Shown piece by piece: positions 1 through 8,231 of a DNA stretch of 60,952 nucleotides. The first letter of the stretch is position 1; each line of letters begins with the position of its first letter. The position numbers and the translations under genes were made by a program. The stretch is from Nanobdellota archaeon (GTDB lineage Archaea; Nanobdellota; Nanobdellia; Woesearchaeales; JAHIVG01): NCBI GenBank assembly GCA_018816705.1, contig JAHIVG010000103.1, positions 1 to 60,952 of the forward strand. The letters are read 5' to 3'. Below the pieces are notes generated by a model, which worked only from the letters and a program-made list of their open reading frames with translations, ran no database searches and was not told where the DNA came from.

Positions 1-281
1 ATGCGTGCACCATGGAACGGGCCTTCGAGAGGATGAAGCAGGTGTCGGGAACCCTATTAACAAAATCAGACGAGCTCTATACATATTATACTGCTGAGAC
101 CAATCCAGCTTGCGATGACCTATCGCCTTACGTTACCAGCGCTAACGGCCTGGAATCCATTCATGACAACGCTGTCTTTGATTCAACAAACAATAGGATG
201 AGAGACTTATACAACAATGGTAAACGCCTGAAGGCGGAGAACAGGGCCTTGCAGATAAAGTCCTGCCCCCTGCTGTACTAA
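1..281 (+). CDS. Hypothetical protein, probably the 3' part of a gene starting before the window (likely surface/pilin-cluster gene)
   Basis: ORF 12..281 stops 1 nt before the pilin-like gene at 283; no recognisable domain. Confidence 0.5.
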   Translation, partial: ACTMERAFERMKQVSGTLLTKSDELYTYYTAETNPACDDLSPYVTSANGLESIHDNAVFDSTNNRMRDLYNNGKRLKAENRALQIKSCPLLY

Positions 282-282
282 G

Positions 283-777
283 ATGAGACGAAGCCAGATA
301 AAGATGGGAGAGAACATCGCCGTGATATTCATATTCTTCATACTCGTTGCAGGAGGGCTAATGTTCTACATGAACATCAAGCAGAGGCTGATCCAGGATA
401 AGTTCAGGGAGCAGCAGGACCTCATGGCCATAGAGCTGGCGCAGAAGATACTCAACCTGCCGGACCTGCAGTGCACCAAGGACAACGTGCCGGTGCCGAA
501 CTGCATCGACAGCATGAAGATAGACGCGGTCGTAGCAAGGGCAGAAGAGGACCCTGTAGGGTATTTCCGCGTGTTCGGGCCGACAGAGGTCGGTATTGAT
601 ATCATTTATGCTGCTGTAGATCCCCCACAAAATGAAATCCACATTTATGGGACACTAGATGAAGCATGCCCGGACTGCACAAGGACCCTGACTGCGAACA
701 TGCCAGTGACCCTATACTCACCGATTCAGGGGTCCTACAGCTTCGCAGTGCTGAAAGTGGGGGTGCAGCTGAGATGA
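283..777 (+). CDS. Class III signal peptide (type IV pilin-like) protein
   Basis: N-terminus MRRSQ-IKMGE followed by a hydrophobic helix; Cys pairs in the C-terminal domain. Confidence 0.75.
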   Translation: MRRSQIKMGENIAVIFIFFILVAGGLMFYMNIKQRLIQDKFREQQDLMAIELAQKILNLPDLQCTKDNVPVPNCIDSMKIDAVVARAEEDPVGYFRVFGPTEVGIDIIYAAVDPPQNEIHIYGTLDEACPDCTRTLTANMPVTLYSPIQGSYSFAVLKVGVQLR

Positions 778-1265
778 AGGCCCAGATGGAGATACTCGGG
801 CTTGCGTTCGTCATAATGTTCATAGCAGTAGGGATGCTCTTTGTCATCAAGTTCGTGCTGATGCCCAGCGAGAGCCCGCGGCAGGACTTCACCAGGACAC
901 AGCTGGCTTATAACACCATCAACGCCCTGCTCCACACGGACAGCGAGTGCGCAGGCATGTCATTCAGGGACCTGCTTATTGCGTGCGCGGACGGGAGCGA
1001 GGTAACCTGCGGTGATACACTTGACCCAGTTTGCACTTATGCAGCCAATACAATCAAGGATCCTATCCTAACAAGCACGTTGGATGCCTGGGAATTCGAA
1101 TACGAGTTCGATGCGTATACTATCGATTCTGTATCAAGTGATGAAATTAGCATATTCAGCAATCCTCTTTCGAACGGCGAATGCGACGAGTGGAAGTCAG
1201 CCAGGTTCCCATTGCAGACCCAGACTGCCGGGACGATGTTCGTTGAGCTGAAGATGTGCGGTTGA
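774..1265 (+). CDS. Class III signal peptide (pilin-like) protein
   Basis: Start re-placed at ATG 774 (ATGA overlap with the previous stop): MKAQMEILGLAFVIMFIAVG, a KAQ-M-E prepilin motif. Confidence 0.8.
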   Translation: MKAQMEILGLAFVIMFIAVGMLFVIKFVLMPSESPRQDFTRTQLAYNTINALLHTDSECAGMSFRDLLIACADGSEVTCGDTLDPVCTYAANTIKDPILTSTLDAWEFEYEFDAYTIDSVSSDEISIFSNPLSNGECDEWKSARFPLQTQTAGTMFVELKMCG

Positions 1266-1334
1266 ACCTATCAAAACCTTTATATATTAGGCCGACAAGG
1301 AATAATGCATCATTATTAAAACAGAGGTGAGCCC

Positions 1335-1598
1335 ATGAAACGCGGTCAAGGACTATCAATGAATGTCATAATAATAGCCGCACTAGCATTACTGGTTCTC
1401 GTCGTGCTGGCAGTCATATTCATCACCAGGACAGACGACTGGGCAGGGCAGACTGATCCTGGAACGCTCTGCGAGAGCACACTGGGCGGGGAATGCCGCG
1501 CGCCAGCCGACAACAAGTGCCCCTCAGACGTGCCGAGGAAGATCGGTACCTGCGGAAGCGATGATGGCGGCAACGACATCTTCTGCTGCAAGGCATGA
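1335..1598 (+). CDS. Small pilin-like protein with a six-Cys C-terminal domain
   Basis: MKRGQGLSMNVIIIAALALLVLVV; GAGGTGA ribosome-binding site; TTTATATA at about 1278. Confidence 0.85.
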   Translation: MKRGQGLSMNVIIIAALALLVLVVLAVIFITRTDDWAGQTDPGTLCESTLGGECRAPADNKCPSDVPRKIGTCGSDDGGNDIFCCKA

Positions 1599-1606
1599 GG
1601 TGAAAG

Positions 1607-1864
1607 ATGAAAAAAGGCCAAGGACTCTCAATGAATGTGATTGTCATCGCGGCCCTCGCGATAGTCGTGCTGGTGGTCGTCACTCTGATAACCGTGAATC
1701 AGCTAGGACTGTTCGACGAGAACTTCAAGGCAGAGAAGACCTGCAAGCGTGCGGGAGGCGAATGCGTACTATCCGCTGACGGCACCTGCCCGGAAGGCCA
1801 GCAATGGATGAATGATTGCGGCGTAGACGATGCAGGGAGCGCCAGGGCCTGCTGCAAAACATGA
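1607..1864 (+). CDS. Small pilin-like protein, tandem paralogue of 1335..1598
   Basis: MKKGQGLSMNVIVIAALAIVVLVV; same Cys pattern; GAGGTGA site; T-run after the stop. Confidence 0.85.
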   Translation: MKKGQGLSMNVIVIAALAIVVLVVVTLITVNQLGLFDENFKAEKTCKRAGGECVLSADGTCPEGQQWMNDCGVDDAGSARACCKT

Positions 1865-1943
1865 TTTTTCTTTCATTATCCTCATTCTGGAAAACAATAA
1901 AACATAAATAGCCCGGCGGAGTTGCGATTCTTGGGTGTGAGAC

Positions 1944-2927
1944 ATGATAAGGATCCCTTATGAAGACATACTGCAGAAGATAACAGACAACAGCAACCTC
2001 AGCAAGGATGACATAGAGACCAAGATCAAGCAGAAGACTTCTCAGCTCTCAGGCCTGATAAGCAAGGAGGGGGCAGCCCACATAGTGGCCAATGAATTAG
2101 GGATAAAGCTGCTGGACGGCTTCACAGGCAAGCTCCAGGTAAAGAACATCCTGCCAGGCATGAGGAACGTAGAGACTGTGGGCAAGGCGGTAGAGGTCCA
2201 CGAGGTCAGGGAATTCACCAGCAACAAAAGGCAGGGCAAGGTCGGATCCCTCGTGGTGGGGGACGAGACAGGCACGATAAGGGTCGTGATGTGGAACGAC
2301 CAGGCAAAGCTCATGGAAAGCATCAACAAGGGCGACGTAATAAAGATAATCGGTGGCTACGTGAGGGACAACTCCGGCAGGAAGGAGATACACATAAACG
2401 ACAGGAGCAAGCTGACGATCAACCCGGAAGGGGTAACTGTAGAGGTCAAAGAGCCTGAGTCGACAAGGAAATCCATCAAGGACCTCAGCGAGAGCGACAG
2501 CGACGCAGAGCTCGTGGGCACCATAGTACAGGTGTTCGACCCTAACTTCTTCGAGGTCTGCCCAACCTGCGGCAAGAGAGCGAAGCCTGAAGGGGACGCA
2601 TTCAAGTGCGCCACGCACGGCGCTGTGACGCCAGATTTTTCCTACGTGACAAACGTATTCCTGGATGACGGCACAGAAAACCTGAGAGTTGTTTTCTTCC
2701 GGAACCAGACAGAGCAGCTCACCAAGAAGACCAAGGCTGAGATCATGGGATTCAAGGACAAGCCAGAGACCTTCGAGCAGGTCAAGACAGACCTTCTAGG
2801 CACGATAATCAAGGTCCAGGGCAGGGTTACCAAGAACCAGATGTTCGACAGGCTCGAGCTTGTGGCCAATAAGGTCAACCCGGACATAGACCCTGAAGAG
2901 GAGATCAAGCACCTCCAAGGCGCATAA
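1944..2927 (+). CDS. rpa: Replication protein A (OB folds with Zn finger)
   Basis: GLISKEGAAHIVA N-terminal domain, VGDETGTIRVVMW OB fold, CPTC..C..H Zn finger, LDDGTENLRVVFF. Confidence 0.9.
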   Translation: MIRIPYEDILQKITDNSNLSKDDIETKIKQKTSQLSGLISKEGAAHIVANELGIKLLDGFTGKLQVKNILPGMRNVETVGKAVEVHEVREFTSNKRQGKVGSLVVGDETGTIRVVMWNDQAKLMESINKGDVIKIIGGYVRDNSGRKEIHINDRSKLTINPEGVTVEVKEPESTRKSIKDLSESDSDAELVGTIVQVFDPNFFEVCPTCGKRAKPEGDAFKCATHGAVTPDFSYVTNVFLDDGTENLRVVFFRNQTEQLTKKTKAEIMGFKDKPETFEQVKTDLLGTIIKVQGRVTKNQMFDRLELVANKVNPDIDPEEEIKHLQGA

Positions 2928-3058
2928 GCCACTGGACACTGGACATCCACGGATAAGGTATATAAACCAGCCAGAATTCCTTCATAGCACTGCTATAGCA
3001 GCCTTCCCACCCCGCGAGGGGTGCTGAAAGAAAAAGCGAATAGCAAGGAGGGATATAT

Positions 3059-3313
3059 ATGGAAAAGAAACAGCCTGAGATAAAGTTCCGTGCTGGAGCC
3101 ATCAGCGCCTCAGTATGGGAGAACGAAGTGGAAAAGCAGGACGGCACCACCGGCAGCTACAAGACGATTTCTCTGCAAAGGTGCTACAAGGACAAGGCCG
3201 GCGACTGGAAGAACTGCAACTCCATGAGAGCCAATGACCTTCCGAAGGCTATGGTTGTCCTGACAAAGGCCTATGAACACTTAGTGATGAAGGACACCGC
3301 TGAGGCGGCTTAG
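3059..3313 (+). CDS. Small hypothetical protein, co-transcribed with radA
   Basis: AGGAGG site, host-like codon usage, stop abuts the radA ribosome-binding site. Confidence 0.8.
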   Translation: MEKKQPEIKFRAGAISASVWENEVEKQDGTTGSYKTISLQRCYKDKAGDWKNCNSMRANDLPKAMVVLTKAYEHLVMKDTAEAA

Positions 3314-3322
3314 GTGAATCAG

Positions 3323-4270
3323 ATGGCAAAAGAGAAGACTATCGAAGAGCTCCCAGGAGTGGGAGCTGCAACATCAGAAAAGCTCAGGACTGTGGGCTAC
3401 ACGACCCTGATGTCTATAGCGGTCGCGTCCCCTGGCGAGATCATAGACGCAGCAGGCATCAACGAGGCAGCCGCCAGGAAGATGATCCAGGCAGCCAGAG
3501 ACTCGCTGGAGATGGGCTTCGAGAGCGCCACAGACATCCTGGCCAAGCGCCAGAAGGTCGAGAAGATAAAGACCGACAGCGAAATGCTCAACAACCTCCT
3601 CGGAGGGGGCTTTGAGACTGGTGCCATAACAGAGGCCTTCGGCGAATACGGTTCTGGCAAGACTCAGATCGGACACCTGTTGTCTGTACGCGTGCAGATG
3701 ATGGAAAAGGAGAAGGACCCGGTGGTTGTCTATATCGACACGGAAAACACGTTCAGGCCTGAGCGCATAATAGACTTTGCGAAAGAAGCAGGAATCGACC
3801 AGGAGAAGGCACTCAAGGCCATAAAGGTGGCAAGAGCATACAACTCAGACCACCAGATGCTTATGGCGGAGAAGGTCGAGGACCTGATAAAGGACAAGAA
3901 GCTCAACGTGAAACTGGTCGTGGTCGATTCCTTGACAGCCCACTTCCGCGCCGAGTTCGTAGGCAGGGGCACGCTGGCCGAAAGGCAGCAGAAGCTCAAC
4001 AAGCACATGCATGTCCTGCTCAGGCTGGCCGATGTATACAACCTCTGCGTGTACGTGACGAACCAGGTCATGTCCAGGCCAGACGTGTTCTTCGGCGACC
4101 CGACCCAGGCCATCGGCGGACATGTTGTTGCCCACGCCTCAACCTTCAGGATATACCTGAGGAAGGGGAAGAAGGGCAGCAGGGTGGCCAAGCTCGTTGA
4201 TTCGCCCAACCTGCCTGAAGGGGAAGCGAACTTCTACGTGGAGACGGCCGGGCTGAGGGATGTGAAGTAG
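3323..4270 (+). CDS. radA: DNA repair and recombination protein RadA
   Basis: N-terminal HhH (ELPGVG), Walker A GEYGSGKT, YIDTENTFRPER, HFRAEFVGRGTLAERQQKL; ATG 3323 follows GGTGA. Confidence 0.97.
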   Translation: MAKEKTIEELPGVGAATSEKLRTVGYTTLMSIAVASPGEIIDAAGINEAAARKMIQAARDSLEMGFESATDILAKRQKVEKIKTDSEMLNNLLGGGFETGAITEAFGEYGSGKTQIGHLLSVRVQMMEKEKDPVVVYIDTENTFRPERIIDFAKEAGIDQEKALKAIKVARAYNSDHQMLMAEKVEDLIKDKKLNVKLVVVDSLTAHFRAEFVGRGTLAERQQKLNKHMHVLLRLADVYNLCVYVTNQVMSRPDVFFGDPTQAIGGHVVAHASTFRIYLRKGKKGSRVAKLVDSPNLPEGEANFYVETAGLRDVK

Positions 4271-4272
4271 GA

Positions 4273-5649
4273 TTATTTTCCCTTTTTTCCTCTTTTCTTC
4301 TTTTCTTTTTCTTTCTTAAGTTCCCATGCAAGTCCATTTAACAATGCTATCTCTTGATCAGAATGTAATCTTGTGGAAAGATGCAATTTTCTTTGTTCTT
4401 CTTCCACTTTTGTAACTTTTGCTAAAAAATCCATCCAGCGCTCATAATATTTCTCTATCAACAATTCATCTGGTTCCGGGCGCGAAGTCCATTCAGGCAT
4501 CTGGTTGTAACCAACGACTGCTGCTCTTGATAAACCTGCTCCCATGGAAAACCAGAATAGATAATTATCTGGGAGTAACCATCGATCTTCTCTGGCCGAA
4601 TCAAAAGCAACGACTGCAGACGCTCCCGAGGTATTGCCTCTCAGCCTGATGCCCTCCCTATATACATTCTCTATTGGTACACCAAAAGCAGGTGCACCCA
4701 ATTGCAGGGAACGATCATTCGGTTGATGGCTTACCAGCTGCACTTTTTGTTTATCCATCGGTTGACGCCCTCTTGTCTCCAACTCTTTTTGGACAGCGTC
4801 CCAAATTTTAGGAAGCCAATTTCCAAATGTGCGTATTACAAACTTATGCACTTCAGGACCATCCATTTCAAAGTAATGCCTTTTTGTATGGGAGGGGGAT
4901 TCGAATAACAATGGATCATAACTTGTTACAAGTGATTCCATGCCGGAACGCAAGATAATATTAGGGCCTAGACCACCATAGACTGCACTATCTGTGTGCA
5001 AAATTTCCATTCCAAGTCCGTTGGTGGATTCTAGAACAACTGCAGCTGCAGCATCAGATGCCATTGAAGAGAATACCCTGTTGCGCCAGTTAGGATATCT
5101 GCTCATCAGATCCGTAACAATCACCAGGTCAACCTTGCCAGGATATTCTTTTTGAAAATCTTCCGGGGAAAAATCCTCTGGAGCGGCTTCTTTTGGCTTG
5201 GAAAATAAGTATCTTTCAAAATTTGAAAGCTCTTCATGCCTCAAATGATGAAAGGAGCTGATCACTGCATTTATTCCGCCAGAACAACCCATACCGATAT
5301 CAACTGCAGGCCTCCCTTCTCTCTCCATAAGGTGTGTGATTATCGCTGATGCGTGCGGCACTACAAACTCATCGCTCCCGTTATGGGCGACATAGACATT
5401 TGCCACCTCATCTAATGTTTTTCCAGCTTGGGCTAATGCCTTTTCAGCAGCAACCGCGCCAAGAATGTACATGTTCTCATGAGGACCTGCAATCCTGCGT
5501 TCCTCGCAACCGACCCCTCCTCCAATGAACGGCTCATTGGTATGAAGCTCTACCATCTTCGTCAAATATTTCGTTGACACAACCAGGGAAGCGTCCGCCC
5601 TGCCTGTTGCTATGACTTTCACCGGCCGGAGATAATTCAAGGGATTCAT
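4273..5649 (-). CDS. 3-oxoacyl-ACP synthase III (FabH)-like condensing enzyme
   Basis: Cys-His-Asn triad motifs DIGMGCSGG, SHQPN and GNTSGAS; SDAAAAVVLE; MDGPEV; MGAGLS. Confidence 0.8.
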   Translation of the reverse strand: MNPLNYLRPVKVIATGRADASLVVSTKYLTKMVELHTNEPFIGGGVGCEERRIAGPHENMYILGAVAAEKALAQAGKTLDEVANVYVAHNGSDEFVVPHASAIITHLMEREGRPAVDIGMGCSGGINAVISSFHHLRHEELSNFERYLFSKPKEAAPEDFSPEDFQKEYPGKVDLVIVTDLMSRYPNWRNRVFSSMASDAAAAVVLESTNGLGMEILHTDSAVYGGLGPNIILRSGMESLVTSYDPLLFESPSHTKRHYFEMDGPEVHKFVIRTFGNWLPKIWDAVQKELETRGRQPMDKQKVQLVSHQPNDRSLQLGAPAFGVPIENVYREGIRLRGNTSGASAVVAFDSAREDRWLLPDNYLFWFSMGAGLSRAAVVGYNQMPEWTSRPEPDELLIEKYYERWMDFLAKVTKVEEEQRKLHLSTRLHSDQEIALLNGLAWELKKEKEKKKRGKKGK

Positions 5650-5722
5650 TCAGCTAAATGAATTGTTGTTACTATAAAAAGGTTATGGCAAGGTATTTAA
5701 AGGCGAAAAATAAGCTGAGGAT

Positions 5723-6211
5723 ATGCGCTCATTTGTCGCCCTTGACATCCCAGAAGGATTGATCACGAAATTAAAGTATATTCAGGATGCGCTGAGGGGG
5801 CATGGTCAATTCTCTTTTCCAAAGAGCTTCCACCTCACGCTGAGCTACCTGGGTGAAATTGAGGACGCTGAAAGGATAATCGAAGGCCTGTCCCAGATAC
5901 GCTTCGACCCGTTCAAATTCAAGCTGGACAAGGTAGGCATGTTCGGCAAGCGAGTTATATGGATCGGCATCAAGCCAGAGCAGGATGTTGTTGAACTGGC
6001 CAAGCAGGTGAGAAAGGCAGCGCCTCCAAAAGACAGCAAGTTCCACCCCCACATCACCCTCGCCAGGATAAAATGGCTGAAGGACCAGGACTGGAAGGTA
6101 ACCATCCCGGAAGACGAAGTGCTGGTAGAAGCCTTCAAGCTGTACAAGAGCACCCTCACTCCGGAAGGGGCGGTATACGAAGTGTTAGGGAGTTTTACCC
6201 ATGGAAAATAA
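5723..6211 (+). CDS. thpR: RNA 2',3'-cyclic phosphodiesterase (2'-5' RNA ligase family)
   Basis: MRSFVAL start, two HxT motifs (FHLTL, PHITL), KSTLTPEGAVY. Confidence 0.92.
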   Translation: MRSFVALDIPEGLITKLKYIQDALRGHGQFSFPKSFHLTLSYLGEIEDAERIIEGLSQIRFDPFKFKLDKVGMFGKRVIWIGIKPEQDVVELAKQVRKAAPPKDSKFHPHITLARIKWLKDQDWKVTIPEDEVLVEAFKLYKSTLTPEGAVYEVLGSFTHGK

Positions 6212-6980
6212 GGTCATCAAGACAATGCTGAAACCTCTGTGGAGGACTTGGTATTCCTACATAAGCTCGCTGGACAAGAATTCTGAAATCAACTTCCTGA
6301 ATTTCGGCTATGCCAACGACGATAGACCAGAGCTGGATGAAGAGGATGAGATCAACCGGTATCCCATCCAGCTCTATGATCACGTCGGCAAGGGCATCAA
6401 GCTAGAGGGCCAAGATGTATTGGAAGTCGGTTGCGGGAGAGGAGGAGGTGCCTCATACATAGCCAGATACATGAAACCCAAGTCAATTGTCGGAATTGAC
6501 CGGTGTAAGAGGGCGATCGATTTCTGTAATAAAGGATATGACACCGCCGGGTTGTCTTTCTCACAGGGAGATGCGATGAAATTAGGGTTTGATGATATGA
6601 GCTTTGATGCAGTACTCAATATTGAATCATCCCATTCTTATGAGGGGATGGACAGGTTCTTGAGCGAAGTCCACAGGATCCTCAAGCCAGGAGGGCATCT
6701 CCTGTTGGCTGATTTCCGTGATAGGACCGACGTGCCCAGGCTGGAAAAGGTGTTGAGGGACTCACAGTTCAAGCTTGTGAAAAAGGAGCAGATAACACCT
6801 CAAGTGGTGAAAGCACTGGAGCTTGACAGCGGAAGACGCCTGGATCTCATCAGGAGATTGGTACCGACAATACTATATGGGCCATTACGGGTCTTTGCCG
6901 GGACAGAAGGATCAACCACCTACAACTCCTTCAAGACAGGGAAGAAGGAATACTGGAACTTCATCCTGAGAAAGGTCTGA
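6201..6980 (+). CDS. Class I SAM-dependent methyltransferase (resembles fatty-acid/lipid O-methyltransferases)
   Basis: FLNFGY, IQLYDHV, VLEVGCGRGGG, NIESSHSY, RILKPGG. Confidence 0.85.
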   Translation: MENKVIKTMLKPLWRTWYSYISSLDKNSEINFLNFGYANDDRPELDEEDEINRYPIQLYDHVGKGIKLEGQDVLEVGCGRGGGASYIARYMKPKSIVGIDRCKRAIDFCNKGYDTAGLSFSQGDAMKLGFDDMSFDAVLNIESSHSYEGMDRFLSEVHRILKPGGHLLLADFRDRTDVPRLEKVLRDSQFKLVKKEQITPQVVKALELDSGRRLDLIRRLVPTILYGPLRVFAGTEGSTTYNSFKTGKKEYWNFILRKV

Positions 6981-7025
6981 TAGAAGGAAAGCTTTAAAAA
7001 CAGCTTTCTTCTCTTCTGCATCGGT

Positions 7026-7175
7026 GGGCCCGTAGCCTAGTCTGGATAAGGCGACAGCCTTCTAAGCTGAGGGTTCAAGTATCAGCTTGGATCCGCTTAA
7101 TAGATCGGGGGTTCGAATAGTTGACGCTTGCGGCAACGGCCGAGAAGCGCAGCTTCGACAGTCCCCCCGGGCTCA
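7026..7175 (+). tRNA. tRNA-Arg(TCT) with two non-canonical introns (7070-7100 at 42/43; 7118-7161 at 59/60)
   Basis: Acceptor GGGCCCG/CGGGCTC, D-stem GCCT/AGGC, anticodon arm ACAGC-CTTCTAA-GCTGT after splicing, T-arm GGGGG-TTCGAAT-CCCCC; TTTAAAAA about 26 nt upstream. Confidence 0.92.
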
Positions 7176-7307
7176 CTTCATTTTCATGAACCGTTACCTT
7201 CATGCCCTTGTGAAATTGGTGATAGTGGCAGTGCGGCACTTGGTTATTCTGCTGTTCTTCAGCAAGAAGAAACCTTTATAAATCCAGCAACACTAATCAA
7301 TAAATAT

Positions 7308-7393
7308 GCGGGGGTGGCCAAGCGGTTTAAGGCGGTCGCCTGCAGAGCGATTATTCGGGGGTTCGAAACCAAGCGAGAGTCCCTCCCCCCGCT
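7308..7393 (+). tRNA. tRNA-Cys(GCA) with a 12-nt T-loop intron (7368-7379)
   Basis: Acceptor GCGGGGG/CCCCCGC, anticodon arm GTCGC-CTGCAGA-GCGAT, T-loop TTCGAA|T restored by removing ACCAAGCGAGAG; TTTATAAA about 26 nt upstream. Confidence 0.92.
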
Positions 7394-7529
7394 CTTTTCT
7401 TTAATTGTACACATGGTTCATATAACCTTAAATGGACATTAGTATCATATTGGAGAACTATTTGAATAGTAACTATACAAAACACTCAATCTAATAAGAT
7501 TTTTAAATAATACCCTATTAAATACAGCC

Positions 7530-8231
7530 ATGAAGAAAAAGCATCTTGAGAAATCTTCTTCCCCCAAGATACTAATCAAAGAAATTAAAAGGTGTAATCG
7601 AAATTTATTTATAATATCACTCTTTATTGCAGTAATATCTGGATTCATTACTTATATTCTGTTAATGACTATTTATGGATTAATTTTTTCTATTTGTGCG
7701 TATGGATTAGTTGGATACTTGCTTTACTTAGTTTATATTAGAAATCTTGATTATAACAAATCTCCAATTATTATTCAAATGAAAAGATTTAGTGAGAATA
7801 AAAAAAATGTCATACTTGAGCTGGTAAAAGAGTTAAATGAGCGCAAGAATAAGATTGAATTTCGAAATGTAATAATTACTTCTTCATGGTTATGCCAAAG
7901 AACATTTTTATTCTTTAAAGTATTTCATTTTAGTCAATTATATTGGGTATATATAAAGAAAACACGACATTATACAAATTTTATCCCTTCAGGAACGACT
8001 TGGGAATTAGTATTCAATTTGTTTGATGGTAAAGATATTATCGGTTACCCAACAAAATCTGGAAATAAAAAGGATTCCGAAACAATTATTGAAGAAATTC
8101 ATAAAAGAGTTCCTTGGGCTTTTTTTGGTTATAGTGATGAGATAAAAAATGAATGGCAAAATAATCCAATAGTAATAATAAATGCGGTCCATGAGAGAAT
8201 ATTAGAAATTCAAGAGCAATTAAAAAAATGA
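7530..8231 (+). CDS. Membrane protein (DUF6709-like) in an AT-rich islet
   Basis: Two TM helices; WVYIKKTRHYTNFIP and VPWAFFGYS motifs recalled for this family. Confidence 0.6.
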   Translation: MKKKHLEKSSSPKILIKEIKRCNRNLFIISLFIAVISGFITYILLMTIYGLIFSICAYGLVGYLLYLVYIRNLDYNKSPIIIQMKRFSENKKNVILELVKELNERKNKIEFRNVIITSSWLCQRTFLFFKVFHFSQLYWVYIKKTRHYTNFIPSGTTWELVFNLFDGKDIIGYPTKSGNKKDSETIIEEIHKRVPWAFFGYSDEIKNEWQNNPIVIINAVHERILEIQEQLKK

